DNA from: Rhizaria sp. SCN 62-66
Taxonomy: Eukaryota
DNA length: 64,000 nucleotides
Direction: 5' to 3'
Assembly: GCA_001724265.1 (NCBI GenBank)
Contig: MEDY01000056.1
Span: 1-64,000 of the forward strand
The notes under the pieces are model-generated. The model ran no database searches, was not told where the DNA came from, and was given only the letters and a program-made list of their open reading frames with translations. Positions 36,811 to 51,300 of this stretch are shown here, one piece after another (position 1 is the first letter of the stretch; every line of letters starts with the position of its first letter). The translations under genes were made by a program, and so were the position numbers.

Positions 36811-37079
36811 TCGATGTCAAATATTAATTACATGTAACAAGAAGCAAAACCCAAGCTGTCCCCAACTGCCAGTTCTGGTTTCTGTCACTACTTACAATGA
36901 GCTGACTCGGGCCAGATGTGTGGTGATTCAAACTTGAGTTCAAAAGAGACAACGTGCTATTATGGCCAGTAATATGATTTATGATACAAAAATAGGCTGT
37001 ATTTCACAGCTTAATGTAATGTAGTCCTAGATAACATTAAAGCTAAGCAAATACCGTTAAAAAAAGAAGAAGAATTGAT

Positions 37080-40000
37080 TCACTTTGACTGTGATAACCA
37101 TTGCCAGAGCTTATGCTCAACACTCAACGCCAACCCTTGCTCGCTATCAATGCCACGCTGTACCATGTTGCAGTACTTGTTAGACTCGCTGTTTATCCAG
37201 CCCCACACGGCGTCACCAGCGCGCCTCATCGCAATCTCTGCAACTGCCTTCCTCATTACAGCTCCGCCCACACCTGCAATTGCAGTACTGACGGCGTCCG
37301 CGTCCGCCAGCGCTGCGGCCGCGAGGTCGACCACGTCGTCCACCGGCAGCGGCGGCAGCGGCCCTGCGCCACGTCCCGATCCGTCGCCGCCGGCCGTGGG
37401 CATCGGTGCCCACAGCATGCTCTGCTTGCGGCGGGCCCAGCCGCCCGCTGCGGCCGCGGCCGCCGCTGCGGTCGAGGCGCCGGGACTTGTGCCGGATAGC
37501 CGCAGGCCAGTGGGGGCCGGCAAACGACACAACACGCCCAGTGGTGCAGGCACATCGTTTGCAAAAGCCGCGCCGTTTGCGCTACTTGTCTTTTCAATTT
37601 TAGCGTTGTCTTGAGACGCAAGGTACTTAGTTAGATACGGGTGCGCGGCAATAATATCATAGTCGATGTAGAATAATTCACAGTCGTTGCCGATAACAAC
37701 AACAGTGCCATTATCAGAAGATACATTTGCGGGAACAAGACCACCAGCAACAGCGGTCGACAGAGAGACAGTCACTGGGTGACACTCTGACAGCGAGTGA
37801 CTGCAGGCATACCGACTACGGCGTCGTGGCAGCGCAAACAGAGGGGAGACGCCGACCTTTGGGGTGGCATCAAACGTCGCATCCAAATTTGTTACATTGC
37901 TGACATTTGACGCTTGATGACGCACAAATCCCGATTGCGCTTGAACACGCTCCAAATATATTTGTTCGCCCACACTCAGGTCTTCGTTAGCACGGCTGTC
38001 ACCGTGACAGCCACATCGCGTGCGGCTCGTAAGTGGCGTCACACCAAGCCTGTCACGCGGGTCAGGCATAAGCAGCGCGGCGATGAAGGCGACTGCCTCA
38101 GGCGGCACAGCGGACGGCAACGGCGAGATGTCGGTGATGTCAGTGCATTTCCCACTAGTCACACCACCACCATTCGTTCCATCGACAGAACCAGTCAGGT
38201 CAGAAGTTTTGTCAGGGCGGATAGCAGCATCGCCATATAACTGCAACGCCCGTGCAACACTGGCGCTCACAGTCACACCCCTCAGCCGACTGGCACGGCT
38301 CCTCGCCACTCGGGCGCCAGCTCCGGGAACGACCGTTGTTGCAGAACGGGGAGTCTTGCCTTCGGCTGCGAACGCCGCCATGGCGACCACGCGCTGCATT
38401 GCGCGCCGCGCCGCGCGCAACGCCGCCGAGAACGGGTCTTCGCTGGGCGGCAGCAGCGCGCCCGCGGCGGCTGCGCGGCGGCTGCGCGAGCGGGAGCGGG
38501 ATGCACTGCGCGAGCGCGAGCGCGAGGCCGCTCGGTAGGCGCTCATGTGCCCAGTGGCGCTCCCATCATTGTCGTGCGGTGACGAGTTGTCAGAGCGCGT
38601 GCGCGCACGGCGCGACATACGGATCGGTAATGTGTCTGTGGCTGCTGCTGCTGATGCCACTGTCTCGAGGGTCATCGCTGCGCCAGTGGTTGACTTGGTC
38701 TCAGGCTCCGAGTCGGACTCAGCCTCAGAGCTTATTCCTGAACTTTCTGACCCGGGACTCTCGTCGCCGTTGTCATTGTCATCATCTAGATCGTCCTCAA
38801 AGTCTAGCCGGCCCTCCCCACGTTCAGCAGGCGTGCGCCCTCCTGAGAACGACGCGTACAACACACACCCGAGTCCCCACAGGTCACTTGCAGGAGTGCC
38901 TTCCGCAGCGCCCACCGCGACAATATCACGTGAAAGCTGTTGCCATTGCGTTAGCACCTGTGTCGCTGATTCCATTGAGTCATCATTCGGAAGTGATACG
39001 TGTGGCATCGCATCATGCTCGTCGACAGCTAAACCACGCTCAAGTTTGCGTGCACGCCTCTTCTCGCGCCGCGCCTCCCGCTGTGCATGTCGAGCAGCCT
39101 TCAGCGCAGCCCGGGCGGCCTTTCGAGTGTTGGACTCTTGTGACAATGCAACAAGCGCAAGCTCAGGTGCCAGATATTCCGCTGTGCCTTCCACTGTGTT
39201 CATAGGGCCGGTTGCACTGCCCACATCCGCGCCAGCTTTCACAACAACGGACGACATGGCTAACGCAGACCGTGTTGTTGGCGTAAACGCCGTGTGGTAG
39301 GGACGAACCGCACCGAAGTCTGCAAGCTTGATGTGTCCGGAATCGTGTAGCAACACGTTCTCGAGCTTCAGGTCGCCGAATACACGTCCGTGTCCGTGTA
39401 CATGGGCCAGTGCAGCGGTGATCTCGCCGGCAACAAACGCCACACACTCAGGGGCATTCGCCGGCTGATTATCATGATCAGCTTGTTGCTCGGCGTTGCT
39501 TTCTGCATGTGTTGGCGCCTCGATACGAGGAACAGTTTTGTGCGTGTATGGTCCTTCTCGAGTGACTGCCGTGTGCAAGTCACCTTTTCCGGCAAGCTCT
39601 AGCACAAAATAGACCGTCTTCGCGTTGCCACACATGCCGAGCAGTCGCGTCACGTTCGGATGCGCGAACAGTGCGAGCGCGTTGGCTTCACGCGATGCCG
39701 CAGCGCGCGCGTGCGGGGACGCCGCGGCGAGCGCACGGTCGACGGCCTTGACTGCAACTCGCAGCCAGCGAGATGATGGGAGAAGACGAGAGATATGGCG
39801 CGCTGAAAGGACGGCGGCGAATGAGCCAGCCCCAAGTACAGGGCCAAATACCAAATCGAGGTACTTCAGCGAAGCTGGCAGCGATGCAGGAATAACAGCC
39901 TGGAACGGTAATAAAAAGCGAAGACAACATCAGCAAGAAAAAACCAAAGGATTGTATGAGTTCTAAGTCAAACAATCAGAACATGCAATTATCAAGTGTT

Positions 40001-43000
40001 AATTATGGAGTGCGTACCTCTGTTTTGGCCCTCTCGAGCAAGGGATCTTTCTCTTCTTCCTTCTCAGGCGGAGAGAGCTCCCACGCGCGCCTCAACCCGC
40101 CACAAAACGCCACAACAAGATCATGTGGTAGCCAGTGCGCACCGCCGGCCGCGGTATATTGACACGCGCATGACGCGGCTTGATTTTGAATCGGGTTGAC
40201 TGGGATGTCGAGCGTCGCTGCGCAAAACAGTGCAAACGTGCGCGACGAATTGGTATCAGGGATAAGGCGGCGGTGGCAGTGCGCGCAAGTAGGGGAGCTG
40301 TAAACAGCAACGCTAGCCGTACTGGGGTTATAAGACTGATACACCGCACCATCGTCGTTGTTGAACATGCTCTCGATTGCGAGCGTCGGGTTGCTGTTGC
40401 TGTTGTTGCTGATGTAAGTGTTCGTTGCAGAGTAAAAGCCGTCGGCTGCAAGTGCACGCAACGCTGCAGCACGACGACGACACACAGTCTCGTTCCAATG
40501 TGCCGATCCCAACAGAAGTCTGTACAGAGGATACAGCACCGCAAACTCGCTGTGGTCGCGCGCCCTCACCATGCTTACACTCGAGCTCGTACTCGCAGTT
40601 GCAAGAACACCGCTATCGCTGTCTGTGCTTGGGGATGTCTGGCGATGAGCCGAGATGACTGCCCGCACTTCAGCGCGTTTGAACAGCTCGAGGGCGCGCT
40701 GCGCGGTGGCGCTGTGGTCGCTCGACAGCGCGGGCAGCAGCACGGCCCACAGCGCGCGGCGCGAGTGCGTGTACGCGCGGGCGAGAGAACACGGCAGAGG
40801 CAATGATTGGGCCATGCTTGCGGTACTCTTAGTCGTGCTTGTCAATTGATGTTTTGGTACTGCCGCAAGGAAAATCGCCTCCACGTGATGCAGAATGATG
40901 AGCGCCTTTGCACTGTTGGCTGCCCGCGGCGGTGGGAAGCATGACAGCACATGTAGCAAAAATGGCACCAGGAGATCCTAAACAAAATACAGCATCAAGC
41001 AAGCAAACGGAACAAAACATTCGGACAAACGATGTGAGCCGTATTGCAGTCAATAACACAAATGTTCGGTCCACCAGTATCTTAAAAGCACGCACCTTGT
41101 CAGCTTTGATTGCAGTGAGGGCAAGTCGGAGCAGCGGCTCATGGAAGGCGCCGAGCACAGCTTCAGTACCAACACCGCCGCCACTGTTTGCAGTGAAAGC
41201 ACCTCCACTCACAGCACCAGCAGACTGGAATAAGGAAGCTAGCGAGCCAGTGGCACTCGGTCCTGCTGCTGCTGCTGATACCAGTGAACCTGACGCTAAA
41301 TTCGCGCTGCTCGCAGACGCGTCGGAGGAGCGCGCAAGCGGCGGCCCATCCAAGGGGCCGGCGCGGGGACCACTGCGCGCGCCTGCAAGCCGGACGGCCA
41401 AGCCACCTTGTTGATGGTGCAGGCCGGCTAGCTGCACAGGCAACCCACCGGGCATCACAGGGCCGGCAAGAGGGCCTGCCCGGGGGATGTGGTGAGCGGA
41501 CATCGGCGTAGACACGTGCTGCGGAGTAATTGCAGCGCCGGCGCTGCCCCGCGGCGCAAGAGAAAAGAGCAATCCGCCGGGAGCCGTGCCCGCAACTGGC
41601 CCCGCAACGGGCCCCGCTATCGGGCCTGCGATCGGAACATGTCCCGACGCGTGAGTTTGCCCGTGCACCGCGTGGTGATGATGCGGGGCCACCGGAATGC
41701 CCGAGGACGCAGCGAGCGCGCGCCTGCGCAACGAGTCGCCGCTGCCGGCGCCGGGAAGAACGCCCAGTGCGACGCCGCTGTGCACAGGAGCTCCACCAGC
41801 ACTACCGCTGCCAGGACGCGAGAGTGCACTAGCGGGGTGGGTGCCAGCCGTGGCGGCCTGCTGCGCAAAGCGAGACGGGACGCGCACTGAGCTCGCTGCA
41901 ACGGTCGCAGGCGTTGCATTTTGCGATGAAGATGGCGCCAGATGCTGTGAGTTTGACTTGGTTATCAATGTTGCAACAGCCAGGTTCGAATGTGGCGTTG
42001 CTGCCGCTGCTGCCTCAGCTTCATCATCTTCTGCAAAGTCACTTGAGCCACGGCCTCCCATTGAATTATCCCCACGAGTCTGCATCTCTGTTGCGACAAG
42101 CCGTGCGACCTCAAAAGCAACTGCTCGACGTTCAGTAAGTTCAGAGTCACCATCGCTAGACGCCGCAGCGTCAGTGCCCAGACCTAGTACGTCGGTGTTG
42201 TAAAGGTCAAGAGCAGAGGAACTGTTCGCGACTGGATTCACCTTCATGCCACTGCTTCCCGCAAGTGAGTGGCCGTTTGCAGACGCGTCGCCAACCATGC
42301 CCTCGGTGCACCAGAGCTCGGCAACGACTGTCAACAGCAGGCGGAAGTTCAGCCTCTTCTTGGCGAGAGAAGCACTTACGTGTTCATTACCATTGTTGCT
42401 GTAAGCAGCACATACGCACTCATTGGCTTCAGGAAATTTAGCGCAGATCTTGGAATGTTCCTGCTTGCATGCACCTGGCGCTGACGTGGTCGTGGTTTCG
42501 CAGTTATCTGGCTGCAGAAGAGCGTCGTTCAATGGTGCCATCACCGCATGAATCAGCTGCAGCGCTTCCGCAACGCCCCCGGCCTCGCCATACAGCGGCC
42601 CCGCAGAGAGCAACGCCGCGGCCGCACTGCCGCCCTCGACGCGCGCCGTCACGCCGCTCTCGGGAGCCACGGCACCGGCACCGCAAGGGGGCAACTGCGG
42701 CGCGGGAATGCGTGGCGGCGCTCCAGTGGATGAGCGATAGCTTTGCGCAGAGTTGCCGTGCAAAGATGAAGCAAGATTCAAATTGATGCCGGCCGCGCCC
42801 TCAAGACCCCGACTCAAAAGCGTGTTCAGCAAAGCGACACCTGGCCCACATGCAGAAGCGTCACTTGATTGGTCCGGTGTCTGCGGTTGTGACGCCGTCT
42901 GCATCTTCGTTGCACTGCTGGTGAGTGACCACAGCAGCGGCGCTTCAAGATCAGCCTCGCTCACATTCACATGGCTTGGAGTACTGGAGTTGGATGCCTT

Positions 43001-44995
43001 CGAATGTACGGTGATAGCCGGAAGCGCTGCAGAGCCCAGCGCGACTGACGCCCCACTGCGCATGACAAACACTGCCAGCGCGTCGCCCAGCGCCTTGCGG
43101 ACCACGCGTCGCGCGCGCGCGCACGACTTGTACAGCGCCTGCAGCAGCGCGCGCGCGGACGCGGCCTCGCGGGGGTCGGGCGCGTGTGCGATCGTGAGCA
43201 GCCGCGGACCGACTGCAAGCGGGGTAATCACACCGGCAGCGCCTGCGGCTGTGGACGGGGCTGTGCGGCTGCGGTCCACTGGAGTCGTGACCGCAGGCAG
43301 CGGCAGCGTGACCGTGAGCGGAGTGAACAGACCGGCGCCGAGGCGCGCGGTGAGCAGCTGCAGGAACGGGAGGCTGGCGAGCACTGGCGGGGCGGAGACG
43401 CGACTGTGCGCCGTGACAATCGAGCCCTGCTGACTGGGGGCACGGCTGTGCGAAGTGTAACTATAAGAGCGGCTATGATTGTGGTGTGATGTTTCCGGCG
43501 CATACGTGAACGATGTCGAGGAGAGACCGATGCCGGCGACTGCGCGGGGGTCGATGTAGCCCTCTAACTGCGAGCTGTATGTCTCATCCAAAGTCGCAAT
43601 TGTAGTGCGACGCCTTGCACCGCAATCAAGAGCACTCTCGTTATTGCCACATGATACCAGCTCGCATGCAAGGGACTCGGCAGCCTTTGACGCGACTCCG
43701 GCACGAGCCGCAGAGCTAAGAAATAACCTCTTCTTCAAGCGATCGCTGCAAGCTGCAGCATTCGCATTTGCTTCATTCGCGTCATCATCCGAATCACGCA
43801 CTTCATCTTCGCTATCTTCGTCTTCGTCTCCGTCGCCGGGACTCACCGGCGGTGCAGCAGTGCACACCTGCGTCAGCACGGAGTAACACTGCAACAGCTG
43901 GGCGACAGCAACCTCAGACACCGCCTCCGCGGCCTACGCAGCGGCTGCGGCAGCGGCAGCGGCTTCCACTGCGGAAAGGGCCGCAATAGTCGCAGCGGCC
44001 ACAGCAGGGTCCGCGATCGCGACTGAGCTGCCTGACAGCGGCGGCTGCGAAACGCTACTGGCATCGTTAGCGGCCAAAGCACTTGATGTAGTGGCACAGC
44101 GAGGGGGTTGCGTCAGGCCAGGTGTTGCCGGCACAAACGAGGGGGTAAAGCCCGCCGCAAACGACCGTGATAACACGTCCTCGTAGCCGGTCCCGGTGTC
44201 GTTACCAGTCGACGGGCCGAAGCTGCCTTGCGCTTGCGCGAGCTGCGCATGCGACTGCGCCTGTTCGCGCAGCCTCTTGATCTCGCCCAGCGACCCTTGC
44301 TTCGCCGTGCTGCCTGCAACAGCCCCGCCGAGGCCCGCACTCGAGCTCGAGCTTACACTGTGGCTGTTGCTGTTGCTGTTGCTGTTGTTATGGCTACTCA
44401 TACTGTGGCTCGAGGGCGCCGCAGCCCTTGAGGGCGCGTCCGTCACAGTCACCACGGTCACCCCGGGTGGCACCCACCGTGGTACGCGCAGTTTGTCCTC
44501 CCGCGTCGCGCTAACGGCGCCCGCATGGGTCAACTGTGAATGTGGCCCTGCAGCAGCCGATGTTGCCGTCACTGCAGTGGCCGCCGTGGAGACAGCGCGC
44601 TCGCGATCCCGCTCGCGCGCGCGCGCCACGAGCTCTGTCTGCCGCGCGGCCGCGTGCGCGGCGTGCTTATTGGCCGCTGCGGCGTCGGCGCGCGCCCAGG
44701 CGGCGGTGAGCGCGGCGGCGGCGAGCGCGTACAGCCGCGGGTCGTGCCACAGCGGCTCCAGGTCGCGCGCAGCGCCGGCGCGGAAGCTGCGGGACAGCGC
44801 GCGGTACGCAGAGGAAACCTCAGTCAGCGCGGCGGTAAGCGCGGCGGTCGAGGGCGCGGGGCAGGTGACGGGCGCTGAGAGGGCGGATAGTTGGGAGAGG
44901 AGGGACTGGCAGCCAGCCTGCTGCTCGGCCTCGAAGGCCGCATCGGCCTCTGCGTCAGACGAGTCTTCGCCGGGTGACGGCTCACGTCGAGACAT
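37080..44995 (-). CDS. Fusion of a PP2A B56 (B') regulatory-subunit-like domain and a PDK1-like Ser/Thr kinase, about 2559 aa; exons 44995-41096, 40977-40018, 39899-37080; one in-frame TAG
   Basis: Four track ORFs are joined by TAG 43934-43936 and two 118-nt phase-0 introns (40978-41095 GTGCGT..TAG; 39900-40017 GTACGC..CAG). B56-like motifs in order: DPRE...LLQALY...R..VRKAL, GVAEALQLI, FHEPL, NSAKALIILHHVEAI, SSDHSATAQRAL, HWNETV. Kinase motifs: LGAGSF, VAVK, YFVLEL, GDLKLENVLL, KLADFG, GTAEYLAPE, SDLWGLGCVLY. Stop TGA. Confidence 0.8.
43934..43936 (-). other. In-frame TAG in the B56-kinase gene (context AAAAAAAA*AAEAVSEV)
   Basis: Sits inside a GC-rich poly-Ala run, with no intergenic-like or intron-like sequence on either side. 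Confidence 0.88.
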
Positions 44996-45323
44996 TGGCT
45001 GTCGCGTGTTGTACCTTGATATTGTGCTTGGATTTGAATCAGCGCTGTCTGCGGTCCGGTATGCGTGTTTGAGTCAAAAGCTGCAAATTGTAGGTCCACA
45101 TGGGTGCAATGTGACATGAGTTTAGTGAGCGATTGATCTCAGCACATTGTCCGTCAGGGAAGATATCAAATAGTAAATGAAATTTAAATAAATACATATT
45201 TGACGCTCCTTTAATTAAACCCTCTATTCGTTTTTTTATAACTCACATTCGATCCTTTTCACTTGACTCTCGTCCAGCCTTTTCTTCTGCCCGCCAGCCG
45301 TTGGCACTGCGCCTCGTCTCGGC

Positions 45324-48300
45324 ATGGCGGATCATTCAACTTCATGGGGAGAGGATGAGCCTAATCACACTGACGTTGATGTTAACGACCCGTACTACGC
45401 GACATTTGCCACCGCAGACGGGTTCGGGGGCGTGCAACTCTCCCTCGACATTCCCCACCACAATCACTCTTCAGGCCACCGCAGGCGCACTGCCGCGTCT
45501 GGGGCGCCAGGGTCGGCGCTGGCGCACGGCGACGATGACGCCGATGTGCTGTCTGGCGACGAAGCGACTGCCAGCGGCAACGTTTTTGCGACTGTGGCGC
45601 ATGAGATCATCGACTCTGACATCGACTCGGATTGCGAGCAAGCGCTCGCGGCAAGCGCTGCCACGAATGCAAGCTCTCCGGCGCAGACAGGAGGTCATAT
45701 TGAAACTGCAACCGCGCCACCGGGAAGTATCTACACTCGCCATAAAAGGTTAGCGGCCGCTGTGACGGATAGCGCTCAAAATGCTCGTGAACAGCCTGTG
45801 ACAACGACCGCCGCTCAAAGCTTCCAATCACTGCAGTCACAATCAAACGCACATTTGTCTCAGAGGCATTTGCGCACACACTCACCTCATACTGGGAACC
45901 AATTGTTGGCGGCGGCGACAGCGCAGTCTCGAGCGGCGCAACCGTTGCATTCTGCGCCGCAGCAGCGAGGCCAAACACTGCAGTTGTCATGGGAAGTCAG
46001 CGGCAACGCAGCGGAATCTCTCAGTTCACTCTTGGGACCATGGGCGCGCTCTCTTCAACATCAACTTATTACGCAGTCAGCGCGACAGCAGCGATCACCG
46101 CAACGAGTGCCACACACCGGCAGCAACGCTGCGGCAACCTTAGCGGCCGTGACGCCAGCTCCAGTGTCGCAGGCTCAGTTCCTCTCGCAGCACTCGCGCG
46201 CAGCCCCGCAACTACACATGCATACGTCGCCGCGGCTGCCAGACTTTTTCGGGACCACGCCGCGCGTGTACTGTCCTGTGCTTCCGCCACTGCCCACGCA
46301 CGAGCTTGGCGGCGGCCTAACTTCAGCAGCGAGTGCTACATGTTTCCGTGACCATTCGAAAGCGCGGCGCATTGACGCCCGCACAGCTGACCGACCTGCA
46401 ACTGCGGCGGCATTATTGGCGCCTGCTGGTCCGAGTGATCATGAACAGTTTTCTTTGCCCCCCGCTGACTGGCTGCCGCTGGTCACTCCCAACAAGAATG
46501 TTACCGCAAGTGGCACTTTCCATCTCAAGCCCCCGCACCCGCTTCAGTGGCCGTTCCCTCCCGCGGTGCCGCGCACCTCGTCCTCATCTTCACACCAACC
46601 TGCTCCTTCCGCTGTTGATACCCACCGCCAGCGCATGCTTCGCGCACCAAGCCCGCTGCTGCAGCTGCCGCCGCCCCCGTGGCAGCGGCCGCGGTGGCGC
46701 CAGTCAGCCGCCGCCCCCGCCTCCGTCTGGGGCCTGCTGCTGGCGGCCGACCCTGCGACAGTGGCCGCGCTCTCGGGTTTTCTTGCCGCAGCAGCAGCAA
46801 CGGCTGCACATTCCAACAGCTAGGGGGGACTGACTGCTGTCGACATTGCGATGGCGGCCGCTGCGGCTCCCGTCGCGGGGATCGACGGCGTCGCGACGTT
46901 TGCAAACGCTGCCGCGACATCAGGGAACACTGTTGCTGCCAATGCGACACACGCGTTTGCTTCTGTGATAAGAAAGCGCACAGAGGCTAGTGCAGATGCG
47001 CTGAATGCGATCGCGACAGCGTTTCCGGCGCAGCTTGCCGCATTGGCGCAATCTGCTATGGCCGCAGCAAAGCTCGCCGATAAAAGCACACACACGAGTA
47101 ATGTGTCAGTGAAGCGTTCTTTCACTGAACATGAAAGTGATCTAACTCAAGTTCTTTCGCTGAGTTTATCGACTTTGCCTTTGTTTCCGTTTCCTCTATC
47201 CCCTATCGTCACCGCAGCTTCTGTCGCCGCGTCAGTTGTTTCTAACAGTAGCAACAACACAAATGGCGACAATGCTATACCATTGACTGTTGCTGCGCCC
47301 GTGGAAGCCGCTCGCCTATTGCGCCTCTCACAGGCACTGCCGACGCTGGCGCTGCTTTGCCGCTTGCGGGCCGCCGTGCCCCGCTCCGTGGTGCGGCCCG
47401 CGTCGCTCGAGCCGCCCCCGCTCGTGGCGTTGCCTTTCGTCACCAGTGCGTGGCACCCAGTCGTGCGCACAGTGGCGTCTGCACACGGTCACTCGGCGGC
47501 GACCGCTTTAGGCCAAGGCCAGACTAATTCACACGGTCGCTCTGGCGACGTCTCCGCGTCATCTCTGATGAGTCATTACAACCAGCCCGGCTCCACCGCT
47601 GGCGCTGCCGAGGCCTCCGCAGCCACGGCCGCTGCCATCGGAGCCCTCGCTGGCGTCACAGGCGCGACCGCCGCGGAATCGCTGGCCCGCGTGGCCGCCG
47701 CGGCGACTGCCGCTGCAAACGCGCTCGCGACGGCTGGGGACGCCGTTGCGGACGCCTTTAGCGACAGCGTAAGCCACTCTGACGCTCGCAGAGGCGATCG
47801 TGGCATAACCGTTACTATCGATGCAAATGCAGGTGCTGTGGCCGCGGGCGCTGTGGCTGCAGCTGGGGTCATGTCACTACGTTTGTTTCATATGATGAAC
47901 GGTGAAAACATTGGTCTTCCCTCTTTGCCCCCGAGCATCACTGTTGCAACGCCGGTTCACCCTCTGTCACCGCTTGCAAACTCTGTGTTGCCGATCTCAA
48001 CTCGTGATGACAGTGTGAACGCGTTGATTGCGCAAACACAGACAGCCGTAATCACTCAAAGTCAAGCCGCTTCCCCAGCCCACGACAAGGGCAGCGTCTC
48101 CCGCGGCGCCGTTGACTCAGCCCTCGCGTGGCTCGGCTCCGGGCCTGGCCCCGCGGCGGGCGCTGCTGCGGCGGCGGGGCCGGGGCGCGGGCTGCAGCTG
48201 TGGAGCGACAGCGAGCTCAGCACCGCTGCTGCTGCCGCCAGGTCTGCTCGGACTGTGGACAACACTGGTGGGAGGGCAACGGTGAGCACCTCACAGCACA

Positions 48301-51300
48301 CGCAACGCAAACACAGCCGTGGGGCTGCCGCAATGAGCAGCAACGGTTCTGGTATGAACGTGTTTATCACACTCGTGAAGGCTGCCGCCAACAATTCATC
48401 AGTTTTTGCCACGAGCGATCTCAACAATCCTGGCGCATGTTGTGAACGTGTGATGTTGCAGCGACACGCTGTGGCCGTGAGTGAATCCGCCCTGTCACTT
48501 GACCCTGCAGCACTCACTTTGATTCACTTCACTCCTCACACCGCTCACCATAACATTATTGCGAACAGTTCTCCGTCTGATCAAAGCACTTCACAGCTGC
48601 CACTGTTGCGTGCGTCAAGTGTCGTCACCATCACGCTTCCCACAGTCGCTGCGAAAGACTTTGGTGCATACGGCAAGGACCCGTCCGTGCCTGCCCCTGG
48701 TCTCGCCCCTGGCTCTGGCCTCGGCGCCATCCGTTTGCTGCTCCCAGCGGGCGCTGGCGGCCGCGGCGCTGCGAGCGGGGTCCCGTCGCCGGCTGCAGAG
48801 TCCGCGAACATCGTGTTCACACACGATCTCGTGCTGAAGGCTGTTGATGTCGCGCGGGCGCTTGTTGCGGCTGCTGCGGAGGCGCGGGCTGCTGCGCAAA
48901 TTAAGGCTGCTGCGACTGCAGCTGCAGCGAACGCAAATGTTCGTCGAAGTTTGACAGGAAGTCAGTCAAATCGAGCCACTGCAACGAGAACTGCTCGATC
49001 CGCTGAAGCGGTGAATGAAGCGGCAGTTGTCCTGTCAGAAAGTGATGCAACAAACACCGGCGATGCTGAAGACAACGCCGCCGAGGGTGCGTTTGCCGTT
49101 GTTAATGTTGCGTCAGTGGCAGCACAGGTTGTCGACAACGCCCTCTCGCTTCCCAGCGTAACCGCAACGACGCCCGCGGCCGCGGCCGCGCTTGCTGAGG
49201 CGGATGAAGCTGACGCCGCTGTTGCTGCTGCGTCTCCGGTGATCCTGCTGCGGACACTGAACCTCATCTTCGCGTTCATCACGAGGGTTCTTCCCACGGT
49301 GACAACCGCGGAGATCGCAGATACTGTGTTTACGCGCACTCTCTACTCGCCACACGCGCTGACAACGACGGAGACCGGTTTTACGGCTGCGACACCAACA
49401 GATGCAACTGTCGCTGCAGGTAGGGCGCTTGTAGGACTCCGCTTGGCGGAGTCCAGGCAAGGACAACGGTCCCAAACCGGGCGAGCAGACGATACGAATG
49501 ACGCAGGTCCTTATTCAGGTACTGTGAGGGGATGGACGATGGGCTGCGCAACGATTGAGATGCGTAATGTACGCCTACCTGTTCATAAACCGCAAGAAAA
49601 CAAGTCAGAGCGCTCTTCCTCTGATGCTGTCGAGTCGGATGTGACTGTCCTTTGTGGCGGTTGTGATGATAACGATGTTGTCACTGTTGATGACACCGAG
49701 GGTGAGAGCGACGTAATCACACTGGACTCAGATAGAGACAATGATAACGTCATTATTAATGATGATAATGACGTAATAGTCACCACAGTCAAAACTCGAG
49801 CTTCAAGCAGGGCCACTACGAGTGCTAGCAACAATGCTGGCGCTGGTTCTTTTGCAAGGGACAGTCTGAGTCGCCACACGCAGAGTCGAGCACTGCTTGG
49901 TTCGAAGGCAACTGCTCGGGCTCGTACAGGTAAAGAGGCACACGCTCAAAACTTTACCAGCAATGTCACACATTCTCAGAGCAACAATGTTCAACAGAAG
50001 AACACTGGAATTGTCGCGGACACGTTGACCCATTCATGTCCGTACGACGTCGCGTATCCGCTGCTCGCGCATCTGCCCCCGTGTGCGCCCCCTTACTTCC
50101 ACACTGCCGCGTTTGCAGAGGCGATGGAGGCGTTTCCGCGGCTGCCAACCACCCTTACGCCTCACGGTCAGTACTTAGACGAGGTCGGCGGGGAGTGGCC
50201 CCCAGTGCAAGTGTGGGCTCCATCTACACCACCACAACACCAACAACGGCAACAACAACATCAATCGGCATATAAGCAGGGAACGGAAAGCCAGTTGCCA
50301 GATGCAAGGCCAACTCTCATCCTTGCTGGATCACTTGCCACGACTTTTATCAATCCCACACGCGGCAATTGCACGTGTCCGTCTTGCCTCAACAACGAGT
50401 CGAACAGTGCTAACTCTACTAGCGATGCCGGAACTGGTTCCGTGCGCGCCCTCGCCGCCGCCGGCCTGCCGTCGAATGTTAAGCCGCTATACCCGCACCC
50501 GGTTGCGGTCACCGCCGCGCTGCCTAGCGAGCCCCGCGCGGCCGAACTCGCGCTGCAGAGGCTCGGGTTCTTGGCTTCGGCCGTGACGAAGCTCGCGTCC
50601 GCGCCGGTCTTGGGGGGCGCCGCCGTGGCGGCTGTCGCGTCGGCTGTCAGCGCCGCTGCGAGTGCGCGCGAGTACCAACACACCACTGCTCGTTCCGACT
50701 CCCGCGGTAGCAGCAGCAGCCGCGGTGCCAGTGCGAGCGCGAGCGCGAAAAGCAACGTTGCTCCCGGTCAGACTAAGCACGCAAACAAACCCGCGTTCAA
50801 CAACTACAACAAGGGCGACGTGGACGCCCTGCTTAAAGACGACGACGAGACTTATCTTGCAGCTTTGGCGAACAGCGCGTCGTATCTGCTCAGCTTCTCC
50901 GTCCCCTGCTACCACACGTGGGTTTCGGACATCTCTGCGGGGCGAAGGGAGCTGCTCACGGTCATCAAGCGTCGCAAGGGACGCGAGATTGCGCTCATGG
51001 ACCTGTGGCGGCTCTACATTCAGCGTGCGCGCAAGGCGGGGCAGCTGCCGTTGGCCGCCAGTGAAATCAACAGCAATATCAACCATCTTGAAAGCAATAA
51101 TGGCGGTGCCTCTGGATCGGGTGCTGCCCCGGCGCCAGCAGTAGCGCCAGCACAAGGGCCGTCGATGCTGATGGGCGCGGAAGGGCCCGTCGTGGCTGCC
51201 ACGGGTCGGTCGCTGGCGTTCCACATCAAAGACCTGGTCGTGAACGGCGTTGTGGACTACATCGCGGTCGGCAGCGGCGGCGTGCTCAGGGCCAGGAAGG

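Noticed and set aside
39900-41095. Two introns of identical length (118 nt) in the B56-kinase gene, possibly introner elements
   Set aside because: Their sequences show no visible similarity, so the equal length is probably coincidence.
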